IMG/VR virus record: IMGVR_UViG_3300003702_000965
Coordinates: 1-64,000 of that record
Strand: one strand, 5' to 3'
From: a virus
Length of the DNA: 64,000 bases
A program made the position numbers and the translations under genes. Positions 38,870-47,461 of the stretch are shown piece after piece. The stretch's first letter is position 1. Each line of letters starts with the position of its first letter. The notes under the pieces were generated by a model. It was not told the origin of the DNA. It worked only from the letters and a program-made list of their open reading frames with translations, and ran no database searches.

Positions 38870-39230
38870 ATTTTTCTAAAATCAAATATATATTATAGAT
38901 AAACAGGGTCAAGATTACGACTAACGGGAAATATAGCGGCATAATGAATACGACAGCTACGCTCATCCAAAAGGTTAAGCAAATAGGGCATGATACTAAT
39001 TTTGAAAAAAAGTCATCGTTCGTAATTGACAGAAACTCAGAGTAATTTACACTAACTTTAGCTTGATTAACAAAATTTTCGTATTCTTCCAAGTTAAAAA
39101 GCTCTTTGATTATCCTTATTTTATCGAGCTTTAATACTTTTATATATTCATAAAAAACATTAGTTTTAAGCCAAATTATAAGGACTAGAGAATAAACAAA
39201 TGGAAGCAAGATTATAGCCCCGTTATCCAT
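38859..39230 (-). CDS. DUF1360-like membrane protein
   Basis: Hydrophobic ends and LVSCPICLTFW (CxxCxxxW); ATG 39230 preferred. Confidence 0.6.
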   Translation of the reverse strand: MDNGAIILLPFVYSLVLIIWLKTNVFYEYIKVLKLDKIRIIKELFNLEEYENFVNQAKVSVNYSEFLSITNDDFFSKLVSCPICLTFWMSVAVVFIMPLYFPLVVILTLFIYNIYLILEKYAR

Positions 39231-40632
39231 CTTTTGTATTGCAAAAAGACACAATCACATATCTTGTGCCGCTGGTGGTAGGTCTAGCTCCATGCTTATG
39301 AGTTATATTACCGGGATGCATAACCACTTCTCCAATGTCGTTTTGGACGAGTATTTTTTGCCTTCTAAAATATGTTCCGCTCCCTTCAAAATCCCTTCCA
39401 CGTTGATTTAGGTTAGCTAGAAAGGTCAGCTTCGAATAGTCGTGGTGAAGCGATAGGTGCGACTGCTTGGATGGTATATATTTTATAATGAAGTTTTCCC
39501 CCGTTAAGGATGCCCAGTTTGAGCCTTCCAGCGCGTATAGAAATTCAGCGGCAGGGTAGCAGTGCTTCTTCAAAACTTGTTCATATACATTATTGATTCC
39601 CACTGTATCTAATAACATGTCAGTTGTAGGATAAAATTCATGCCTTTTCTCTGTCCACTCCCCCTCGGTTTCGCATAAATCAATCATTTCTTTACAGAAA
39701 ATTTCATTGAAAAGGGGCCATTTGAAAATGTTTGAGTATCCGGGTTCTCCCAATTCATCTGCCATCAATTCCCATTCGTGGGAGCGAGCCTCTATTCTCA
39801 GGTATTTTTCTTCCCAAGCTTTTGGGTCTTTGTCGTAGTCTCTTATCGACAAGTCTCCTTCCGTTGGCTGACCTTGTGGGCTGTCGAATCTAGATGCTAT
39901 ATTTCCTTTTAAGGGTTCTATTTTTTTTGTCTTGATTGGCTTAAATTCTTCGTAGCCGAAGTCTTCTTTCCCTGACTCCCCCTTTTTGGTCACCTCCTTG
40001 CTTATGGTGACGCCGGGTACTGGGGAAATGAGAGGCTGTGAAAATTTAGACTTCTCTCCATCTGCTCTTATGAAAGCTACCAATGTTAGTCTTCCGTCAT
40101 ACAAATCATTACCAAAGTATTCGTCAGACTTGTGAAAGAAGAGAGGGTTGTAGATCATACATCTGTTATATACGTTTTCTACTGTTTCTCTTACGTCATA
40201 CCATTTTGGATCTCCATCTGATTCTTTATATTCTTTAGACTTTTTATTTGCGCTTTCTTTTAAGTCGTAAATTATAGTGCCTGAATTGGGCTTTGGGTCA
40301 GGAGTAAGGTAAATTAAAGCAACATGAGTGAAGTCTTGATCCATCTTGTCGTCATGAACCCAGCTATCCCCGTCTTTTGAAGTACACAATTGAAACATTA
40401 CCTCAAAATAAGACTCTTTACCTTGCGGCCAGCCCATAACTTCGTATATTCTCCCAGTAAACTCATAATAAAGTTTTTCGCTGAGAGTATGATAAAAAGG
40501 AGTTCTAGTTCCGGGCCAATTGCCCCCAGATGGATGAGTTTCTTTTGGAAAAAACTTCTGAGAAAGGGCGAACTTCCTTACTTTATCAGGATCTGGGAAA
40601 AAATTTTCGAATACAAGCTCTTTGTCACTCAT
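39223..40632 (-). CDS. Tandem 2OG-Fe(II) dioxygenase: N-terminal DUF6445-like domain plus C-terminal procollagen lysyl hydroxylase (PLOD)-like domain
   Basis: N-half: ENFFPDPDKVR, WPGTRT, HDD...FFH...GRLT. C-half: PLFNEIFC, YPTTDM, FIIKYIPSKQSHLSLHHDYS, FEGSGTYF, HPGNITHKHGARPTTSGTRYVIVSF. Confidence 0.85.
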   Translation of the reverse strand: MSDKELVFENFFPDPDKVRKFALSQKFFPKETHPSGGNWPGTRTPFYHTLSEKLYYEFTGRIYEVMGWPQGKESYFEVMFQLCTSKDGDSWVHDDKMDQDFTHVALIYLTPDPKPNSGTIIYDLKESANKKSKEYKESDGDPKWYDVRETVENVYNRCMIYNPLFFHKSDEYFGNDLYDGRLTLVAFIRADGEKSKFSQPLISPVPGVTISKEVTKKGESGKEDFGYEEFKPIKTKKIEPLKGNIASRFDSPQGQPTEGDLSIRDYDKDPKAWEEKYLRIEARSHEWELMADELGEPGYSNIFKWPLFNEIFCKEMIDLCETEGEWTEKRHEFYPTTDMLLDTVGINNVYEQVLKKHCYPAAEFLYALEGSNWASLTGENFIIKYIPSKQSHLSLHHDYSKLTFLANLNQRGRDFEGSGTYFRRQKILVQNDIGEVVMHPGNITHKHGARPTTSGTRYVIVSFCNTKDG

Positions 40633-40638
40633 GATCTG

Positions 40639-41073
40639 TTATATTTTTACTAATTCGACACCATAAAAATCTAATATTTCTTTAGCTTTCAGGTCTTGAT
40701 CATATTCTTCAGAGTATATTACTTGTGGTATTTTGTATGCAGCTATTAGCGTGGCACAGTGAGAACATGGTAATAGAGTCACGGCTAGTATACTAGCTTG
40801 ACCTTTATTGAATAGAGACATACAGTTGGCTTCTGCGTGTATCATATACTTCCTTCTTTCGTCTCTGTCGAGCCAGAATTCCGCGTCCACCTTTTTTTTA
40901 GGAGCTAACCCGTTGTAACCGACTCCTAGGATCATCCTGTCTCGGTCTAAGGCGCAAGCTCCCACTTTTCTATGAGGATCTTCGCTTCTTTTAGAAGCTG
41001 TTTTAGCTATTTCAAGGGCGTATTCTTGCCAGCTAAGCCTTTCTTTAATATCAGTTCCTAGAATATATTCCAC
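40639..41073 (-). CDS. dCMP deaminase
   Basis: RSEDP, GYNG, HAEAN, PCSHC. GTG 41073 preferred because the track's TTG at 41115 is a promoter -35 box. Confidence 0.9.
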   Translation of the reverse strand: MEYILGTDIKERLSWQEYALEIAKTASKRSEDPHRKVGACALDRDRMILGVGYNGLAPKKKVDAEFWLDRDERRKYMIHAEANCMSLFNKGQASILAVTLLPCSHCATLIAAYKIPQVIYSEEYDQDLKAKEILDFYGVELVKI

Positions 41074-41086
41074 AACAAAGGAGCTT

Positions 41087-41115
41087 ATTTTATGAATTAC
41101 TTTGGCAGTGGTCAA
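41087..41115 (-). promoter_or_regulatory. Leftward sigma70-type promoter
   Basis: TTGACC-actgccaaagtaattca(17)-TAAAAT. Confidence 0.75.
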
Positions 41116-41130
41116 GGAAAATAAAAAGAG

Positions 41131-41159
41131 TTGACAAACAAAAAGGTGTCGAATATTAT
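41131..41159 (+). promoter_or_regulatory. Rightward sigma70-type promoter
   Basis: TTGACA-aacaaaaaggtgtcgaa(17)-TATTAT. Confidence 0.85.
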
Positions 41160-41165
41160 TTGTTA

Positions 41166-41592
41166 ATTGCTTTTCGCGGCAAGTAGCCTAGCGAGGATAT
41201 CTCGCTTCAACACGTAAGAGACAACAGGCCCGTAAAAAGACGCCAATCAAGAAGGCTAATAACCTTCACGCTATTTCGGGAAAAGGCGGCGTTTGAGATT
41301 GGAAAAGCTGTTAACTTGGGCGACCCCTCTGGGGGAAGGAAGAAGTTAAAGTGTCAAAAAACAAGTCCTGCCGCTTAATGTTAAGCAATGTACATAGCTG
41401 AATTTGGTTGTGAGCTAGGCTGAAGCATGGCCGACGCGTAGGACTGAAACGGGTAAATTCAGACCATTTTTTAGGTAATGTCATGATTTTCACTTGACGG
41501 TTACCAAGTTGACTGCTATTCCTTAGGCTCCTCCTCGGAGGAAGGAAGAAGTTAAAACTTCTTCTTATGCGTTCTGCGAACGCTAATTTTTT
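41166..41592 (+). ncRNA. Candidate ~430-nt structured RNA or leader, family unrecognised
   Basis: Largest non-coding gap in the window, directly after a near-consensus promoter. Contains many helices, a duplicated 17-nt motif and a 3' hairpin plus U-tract. Confidence 0.55.
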
Positions 41593-41598
41593 AAACAT

Positions 41599-42207
41599 AT
41601 GGATAGCCAAGTAACCGTTTCTGATTTAGAGTTAGTCGATGAAATAAGAGAGTTTAAGTGCTCCGACAGTCTTGTAGCGTTGACTGGTAGGCATGTCGGG
41701 ATCCTAAATAAAGTCTTCAAAAGATATTCGGGGGCCTTAGTTTCTATTGGGTATTCCTATGATTCCTTTAAAGGTGATTTTAATTTAGTTACTTTTAAAG
41801 CTTGCACATCATTTAGAATAGAAGGCGGGTCTAAGTTTTCGACTTGGCTATGTAATCACGCAAGATACCACTGTTTGAATCAAATAAATAAAAAAAATAA
41901 AATTAAAGATTTAAGTATCGAAGATGAGCAATATTTAGAATTCTTAGCGCAAAGCCAAAGCCTGCCCAACTCCTTCAAGCTCGAAATAGATTACGTCTTT
42001 AAAATCCTGTCAGACATGAAAGACAAAAGGATTTCCAAAGTTTTTAATATGAGATATTTCGGAGAAATTGGAAAAAATGGATGCCCTTGGTCTAAAATAG
42101 GTGAAGAACTTGGGATAAGCACCCAGACGGCGATAAATTTACATGAAAAAGGAGCTAAATTAATCAGAAACAAGCTTAAAAGCCCAAACCCGACTGACAA
42201 AATCTAG
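41599..42207 (+). CDS. Phage sigma70-family sigma factor (regions 2 and 4)
   Basis: FKACTSF...SKFSTWLCNHARY (region 2); MRYFG...WSKIGEELGISTQTAINLHEKG (region 4 HTH). Confidence 0.8.
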   Translation: MDSQVTVSDLELVDEIREFKCSDSLVALTGRHVGILNKVFKRYSGALVSIGYSYDSFKGDFNLVTFKACTSFRIEGGSKFSTWLCNHARYHCLNQINKKNKIKDLSIEDEQYLEFLAQSQSLPNSFKLEIDYVFKILSDMKDKRISKVFNMRYFGEIGKNGCPWSKIGEELGISTQTAINLHEKGAKLIRNKLKSPNPTDKI

Positions 42208-42209
42208 AC

Positions 42210-42238
42210 TTGACAAAGGGGAAAGGGTAACTTAATAT
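42210..42238 (+). promoter_or_regulatory. Sigma70-type promoter
   Basis: TTGACA-aaggggaaagggtaact(17)-TAATAT, 10 nt before ATG 42249. Confidence 0.75.
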
Positions 42239-42248
42239 AAATTTTCTT

Positions 42249-42554
42249 ATGGCTGATAACAAGTCGAAAAGCACAGAAGTAGGGGCTCTCTGGAAAAGGG
42301 TAGCTAAGAACTCAGGTAAGACTTATCTGGCTGGTCACATCGCAATTGAAGATCTCGGAGCAATGGCTCTAGAGAAGAAAGTTAAGATAGTGGTCTTCTC
42401 CAACAATAAAGAAGGGCAATCTGAAAATGCTCCAGATTTTAGGATGTATTTATCCAAAGTCATAGAGCAGAGGAAAGAAGAGTCTTCGACGGCGACTCCT
42501 CAGCCTGAAGCCGAGGTGGTTTCCGCTTCGCCTGAAGATGGAGATCTCATTTAA
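42249..42554 (+). CDS. DUF736-like protein with acidic tail (possible ssDNA-binding protein)
   Basis: EVGALWKR...GKTYLAG...NAPDFRMY; ends EDGDLI. Confidence 0.6.
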   Translation: MADNKSKSTEVGALWKRVAKNSGKTYLAGHIAIEDLGAMALEKKVKIVVFSNNKEGQSENAPDFRMYLSKVIEQRKEESSTATPQPEAEVVSASPEDGDLI

Positions 42555-43632
42555 CTTACCTATTAACTCAGTCTCTTTCGGGCAAGTTTCTTTAGCTTTA
42601 CTCAGGGAGGCTTTCAACAGAAAGCTTCAGCCTTCTCTTGTTCCGATAGGGGAGGTTGATCTTTCTTCACAGTCAGGCGTAACTGACGAGTTTAAATCTT
42701 GGTTAGACTCCTGCCTCAAAAAGGGAAGGACCGAACACAGCAGGGAAGTCCCATGCTTGAAGCTTTGGCACCTTAACGGAGGCATGGAATCTATTAGCAA
42801 CAAACCTAATTTGCTAACGTTTTACGAACTAGACGAACCGACTAAAACCGAGATTAACGTAGCAAGAAACAATAAAGTAATATTTACTTCATCTTATACG
42901 AAAAATATCTTCGAAAGAGAAGACATAGATTGCGGTTCAATCCCTCTAGGATTTGATTTGTATAATTTTCATAAAATAAAACCTACTGACAAACGTTTTC
43001 CCGACGACAGGATAACCTTCAACTTAGTTGGTAAATTCGAGAGGAGGAAGCACCACGAAAAAGTAGTTAATGCTTGGCTAAAGAAATTCGGAAACAACAG
43101 GAAATATCTCCTTCAGTGTGCTATATATAATCCGTTCTTTTCGGAATCCGATAACGAGAAAGTCTGGGATTCTCTTGGCAGAAAGTCGGGTTTTTTCAAT
43201 TTAAGTTTTTTAGGATTCATGAAGAGGAACTCTATCTATAATGATTTTCTGAATTCTGGAGATGTTGTAATCGGAATGTCAGGAGGAGAAGGCTGGGGCC
43301 TCCCCGAATTTCAGTCCGTTTGTTTGGGGAAACATGCTGTTATATTAAACGCTTCAGCATATAAAGATTGGGCCAACGAAGATTGTTGCGTTATGGTTGA
43401 GCCTTCTGGAAAAATCCCCGCTTATGATGGAATATTTTTTAAAGAGGGTGGGGACTATAACCAAGGGAGCATTTTTGATTTCTCTGAAGATGATTTTATT
43501 TCCGGCTGCGAAGAAGCGATTAAAAGAGTAGAGGCTTCCAAAGATAAAAATAACGAAGAGGGAGAACACCTTAAGGATAAATTTTCCATCTCTAATTCAT
43601 TCGACAAAATATTAGATTGTATATATGCCTGA
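42538..43632 (+). CDS. GT-B (GT4-like) glycosyltransferase
   Basis: VGKFERRK; SGGEGWGLPEFQSVCLGK. Confidence 0.8.
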   Translation: MEISFNLPINSVSFGQVSLALLREAFNRKLQPSLVPIGEVDLSSQSGVTDEFKSWLDSCLKKGRTEHSREVPCLKLWHLNGGMESISNKPNLLTFYELDEPTKTEINVARNNKVIFTSSYTKNIFEREDIDCGSIPLGFDLYNFHKIKPTDKRFPDDRITFNLVGKFERRKHHEKVVNAWLKKFGNNRKYLLQCAIYNPFFSESDNEKVWDSLGRKSGFFNLSFLGFMKRNSIYNDFLNSGDVVIGMSGGEGWGLPEFQSVCLGKHAVILNASAYKDWANEDCCVMVEPSGKIPAYDGIFFKEGGDYNQGSIFDFSEDDFISGCEEAIKRVEASKDKNNEEGEHLKDKFSISNSFDKILDCIYA

Positions 43633-43969
43633 ATATACATATGAGAATCCGGAGACAGGAGAAACTGTAAACGTCTTCCAAAAAATAGACGACGATCATG
43701 AATACTCAAAAGACGGACTACAATACAACAGAGTCTTCACGGTCCCTAACGCTTCCATAGACTCGGACCTGTCCTCCCTTTCCGAAGAAGCCTTCGTTAG
43801 AGCTACGGCCAAGAAGAAAGGTACCTTGGGTGATTTATGGGATGCTTCAAAAGAAGCCAGTCTAAAGAGGGAGAAAACTTACGGGAAAGATCCCGTTAAG
43901 GAGAAATATTTCAAAAAATATAGCGAAAAAAGAAAAGGAGCTAAGCATAAAGATGACCCGTCCAGATGA
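43625..43969 (+). CDS. FmdB-like zinc-ribbon family protein lacking cysteines
   Basis: MPEYTYENPETGETVNVFQ matches the MPxYxYxCxxCG pattern without the Cys residues. Confidence 0.55.
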   Translation: MPEYTYENPETGETVNVFQKIDDDHEYSKDGLQYNRVFTVPNASIDSDLSSLSEEAFVRATAKKKGTLGDLWDASKEASLKREKTYGKDPVKEKYFKKYSEKRKGAKHKDDPSR

Positions 43970-44972
43970 AATAACTTTCGTCGTAATATCTAACGGCAAC
44001 AATCACGAAAAGCTAAAGAGGCTTTTAACAAGCATAGAGCATAACGGCGAACACCACCTAAAGTCTTATGAAATAAACCTATGTGGCGAAGCTGGAGACT
44101 TCGAGCTTCCTGCTATTGTAAATTATTTTCATTTGCCAGAGGACGCCTCTAACGCTCGACTTGGGGACATGAGAAACGTTGGGTGCGAAAACGCGACTAA
44201 AGAAACAATTTGCATTTTAGATGACGATTTTATTTTGGCTCCTGATTGGGTAGAAAATATTCCTCATAATTATTTCGATATTATGACTTCTCAGGTTAGA
44301 GTTCCTGATGGAGGCAGATATTGGGATCACGCATGCTACATGAGTCCCACTAAAGGTCACGTAATTCTTATGCCAGACGAAAAGGATGACTGTTTGTATA
44401 TGTCTGGAGGATGCGCTTGGATGATGAAGAGGAAAGTGTGGGAAAAAGTTAAGTGGGACTCTTCTGGGATTTACAACATGAGCAGTCTGGAGGAGTACAA
44501 AGAAGGAAAGCATAATGAAGACACTCACTTTTCTTTAAGGTGTAGGGAAAATAAGTTTTTATTAATCCATAACCACGACTCCATTTCTTTCCATGACGAC
44601 GATTCCTATACTAATGTCGGCAGGATCTGCAACAGAAGAAGAGACGACAGAAGCTATTCTTGGGTTTTGGACTTGAGCTTATCTTTTTCTCCGTCAGTGT
44701 TATGCGACTTTGCTGTTTCCCTCTTTTCGAACGGCTTTCTTCCTGAATCGGCTGATATACTTAGGTATGGACTGATTAACTTTCCATCAAATTATGATCT
44801 ACAAAAGACATTTGAATCCACAATAGTTAAACACTCTGGAGTTTTAGAAGACTCTAGATACTCTCCCAATGGTGACCCTTTATATTTAGAGTTTAAGTCT
44901 TTTTATGACGACGACTCAGATGACGACTCCGAACTCGAGGGACTAACCCAAGAGCAAATGAATATCCTCTGA
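43953..44972 (+). CDS. GT-A (GT2-like) glycosyltransferase with C-terminal helical region
   Basis: RNVGCENA...CILDDD; NEDTHFSLR. Confidence 0.8.
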   Translation: MTRPDEITFVVISNGNNHEKLKRLLTSIEHNGEHHLKSYEINLCGEAGDFELPAIVNYFHLPEDASNARLGDMRNVGCENATKETICILDDDFILAPDWVENIPHNYFDIMTSQVRVPDGGRYWDHACYMSPTKGHVILMPDEKDDCLYMSGGCAWMMKRKVWEKVKWDSSGIYNMSSLEEYKEGKHNEDTHFSLRCRENKFLLIHNHDSISFHDDDSYTNVGRICNRRRDDRSYSWVLDLSLSFSPSVLCDFAVSLFSNGFLPESADILRYGLINFPSNYDLQKTFESTIVKHSGVLEDSRYSPNGDPLYLEFKSFYDDDSDDDSELEGLTQEQMNIL

Positions 44973-44973
44973 T

Positions 44974-45717
44974 ATGAGAATAGGCCCAATTCAAAGTTTA
45001 TGGATAGGAGACGAGCTTTCTGATTTGGAGGTTTTATGCATAAATTCCTTCTTGAAAAATGGATATGATTTTCATCTTTACACGTACGGAACTATAAAAA
45101 ACGCGCCTAAAGATTGCGTCATATTAGACGGCAACGAGTTTCTAGAAGAATCGGAGGTTTTCTCCTACAAAGTAGGAGTAGGGAAGGGCAGCTTTTCAGC
45201 CTTCTCTAACCTCTTTAGATACAAAATGCTTTATGACATTGGCGGGATCTGGTGCGACACTGACGTAATAAATTTAAATCCCATCCCGAACATGGAATAT
45301 CTTTTCGCGTCAGAGAAAGATGGCGACGAAATAGTCTGCGCTTCTTGTTTCATAAAAGCTCCTAAGGGTTCTGCTTTCGCCAAGTATTGTTACGATAAGG
45401 CCTCTTCTGTAGACAGAGAGAAGCTTGAATGGGGCCAGATAGGTCCTAAGTTAGTAGGGGAAGCGGTTAAGACTTACGGTCTTAGCGACTTTATTGTTCC
45501 CTTCAAAAAATTCAACCACGTTCCTTGGTATAGCGCTGAACTCTTTTTTTACGATGATCCAGAAAATATGGGCGAGATGCTTTATGAGAGCATAGCCAGC
45601 GAAGCGTATTGCATTCATATGTGGAACGAAGTTTGGAGAAGATTAGGTTTGGATAAGAGCGCGGAGTTTCCGAAAGGCTGTTTCTACGAGGTGTTAAAGT
45701 CCAAAATAAAAGTATGA
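44974..45717 (+). CDS. GT32-like (alpha-1,4-glycosyltransferase/DXD) glycosyltransferase
   Basis: QSLWIG, FSNLFRY, GGIWCDTD, WGQIGPKL, IHMWNEVWR. Confidence 0.85.
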   Translation: MRIGPIQSLWIGDELSDLEVLCINSFLKNGYDFHLYTYGTIKNAPKDCVILDGNEFLEESEVFSYKVGVGKGSFSAFSNLFRYKMLYDIGGIWCDTDVINLNPIPNMEYLFASEKDGDEIVCASCFIKAPKGSAFAKYCYDKASSVDREKLEWGQIGPKLVGEAVKTYGLSDFIVPFKKFNHVPWYSAELFFYDDPENMGEMLYESIASEAYCIHMWNEVWRRLGLDKSAEFPKGCFYEVLKSKIKV

Positions 45718-46469
45718 AGAAAATATATTTAAATGATTTCTTTCAGGAAAGTGGTTATGATTGGGAGAACGACGCACCCATGATGAAAGAAATTTGCAAG
45801 CTCAGCAAAACTAGACACATGGAAAACCCTCCGAAAGAGTTTCAATTTACTTACGGAATGGAGCAGCCATTTTTTATCAAGGCTTTTTTGGAAAACGTAT
45901 ATTGTGAGAAGTTTTTTGAGATTGGAACGGGAAGGGGAACTTGTTCCATGGCGGCTTCTTTATGTAAAGACATGAGAAAGGTAGATAGTTTTGACATTCT
46001 TGTTCCGGACGAGAAGAGAGATAACGTAATAAATTTCAGAAAGGAGGAAGCGTCTAATATGGATATTCTGGAGAGATTTAGGACTAAGGCTGCTAAGATT
46101 ACAAACTTCGTTGCTCAAGCGTACCCTAGTGAAATTAAATTTAATCATGTTTCAGGGTACGCGAAGTTTATTGACGACCCAGATAATAAAGACTATAGCG
46201 TCTGTTTCATAGACGGAGACCACGATAATGCTGAAACAATTTTAAAAGACTATCTAATATGCAACAAAGTGATGGAGAAATCTAAAGAGGCTTATATTAT
46301 TTGGGACGATTACTATCCAGATAAGTTCGCCGTTAAGGAAGTTGTAGATAAAATCACGGAAGTAGACGGAAGGGAGTGCACTCTAGTTCCTTTCAGAGGC
46401 CATTTATTTGATAGCGACGATAAAGCCAGAGAGGAAGACTCTGGCGAAATAATAATGAAAATGACATGA
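45714..46469 (+). CDS. Class I SAM methyltransferase (Methyltransf_24-like)
   Basis: FEIGTGRG, FIDGDH, IWDDY. Confidence 0.8.
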   Translation: MKKIYLNDFFQESGYDWENDAPMMKEICKLSKTRHMENPPKEFQFTYGMEQPFFIKAFLENVYCEKFFEIGTGRGTCSMAASLCKDMRKVDSFDILVPDEKRDNVINFRKEEASNMDILERFRTKAAKITNFVAQAYPSEIKFNHVSGYAKFIDDPDNKDYSVCFIDGDHDNAETILKDYLICNKVMEKSKEAYIIWDDYYPDKFAVKEVVDKITEVDGRECTLVPFRGHLFDSDDKAREEDSGEIIMKMT

Positions 46470-47461
46470 AGATAGCGTATTTATGCGATAGAGACACCTA
46501 TCTACATAAAATGTCTAGGGTTAGGTTTCACGGCATTCAAGCCATATCGGAAACGAATGAAGTTAAATGGCTAGGGAGAGGATGGAACAATGACGCTCAA
46601 TTAGGATTTGGGTGGAACGGCTCCCTAACCGTAGACGAAAACTTTAAAAGATTAGGTTTTTATCCTGATTTAATAATTGGATATAAACCTTTAGATATTC
46701 TAGGCTTTTGTGACTCTAAAATCAAGAAGTGCATTAGATACAATGAAATGTACGACGTAGAATGGACGATAAGAGAAATCGTCGAGAGTAACGCTGACAT
46801 AGTCATTTGCCACCACCAAAATGATTATGAAGAATACGTTTCTAATTATCAAGTTTCGGAAGACCACAAAGTTGGCCTTAGTAGCGTAACTTTCGTTAAC
46901 ATCCCCCATTGTGCTGAAAAGACAGTTTTCAAAGACTATGGTCTCGCCAAAGAAACAGACTTACTCTTAGTTGGCGCTACCTTCGCTCAGAGTACCCTAG
47001 GTCAGCATTATCCCTTGAGAGACAGAATGGCAAGTGACATCTTACCAAAACTTTCGCTTAAATATAATTGCAAGATATATGAGCACCCCGGATACAGCAT
47101 GGGAGACGCACACACCAACATATACGCCCAAAACTTTGCGAGAGCCATAAACTCAGCCAAAATAGCTATAACCTGTTCCGGCTTGCCCAGAAGTAGATTT
47201 GGTAAATATGTAGAAATTCCCATGTGCAGAACAGCCATTGCTGCCGACATGCCCGGCGAAATGCAAGACTTTTTTAAGGAATTTTTAATTAACATAGACA
47301 TGAGTCACTCCGACGCTCAAATAATGGCCTTGTTGGAGAATAACCTAAAAGAGCCCCACAGGATACAACAGAAGGCAGACAGAGGATATGAGATGAGCAA
47401 GAAATTCGACCAAGAATATTACGCCGAATTATTTAACGAAAAAGTCTTGAGCTTGTTATGA
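46466..47461 (+). CDS. GT-B glycosyltransferase (CgeB/Glyco_trans_1_2-like)
   Basis: YPLR, HPGY, INSAKIAI, GKYVEIPMC. Confidence 0.75.
   Translation: MKIAYLCDRDTYLHKMSRVRFHGIQAISETNEVKWLGRGWNNDAQLGFGWNGSLTVDENFKRLGFYPDLIIGYKPLDILGFCDSKIKKCIRYNEMYDVEWTIREIVESNADIVICHHQNDYEEYVSNYQVSEDHKVGLSSVTFVNIPHCAEKTVFKDYGLAKETDLLLVGATFAQSTLGQHYPLRDRMASDILPKLSLKYNCKIYEHPGYSMGDAHTNIYAQNFARAINSAKIAITCSGLPRSRFGKYVEIPMCRTAIAADMPGEMQDFFKEFLINIDMSHSDAQIMALLENNLKEPHRIQQKADRGYEMSKKFDQEYYAELFNEKVLSLL

Noticed and set aside
41166-41592. tmRNA, RNase P RNA, tRNA or group I intron
   Set aside because: No T-arm/CCA end, no GAGGAAAGUCC, no convincing P7 pair, and no interrupted gene.
41311-41610. 99-aa minus-strand ORF across the structured region
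   Set aside because: Antisense to a strong promoter, overlaps the sigma start, atypical composition, and no promoter of its own.
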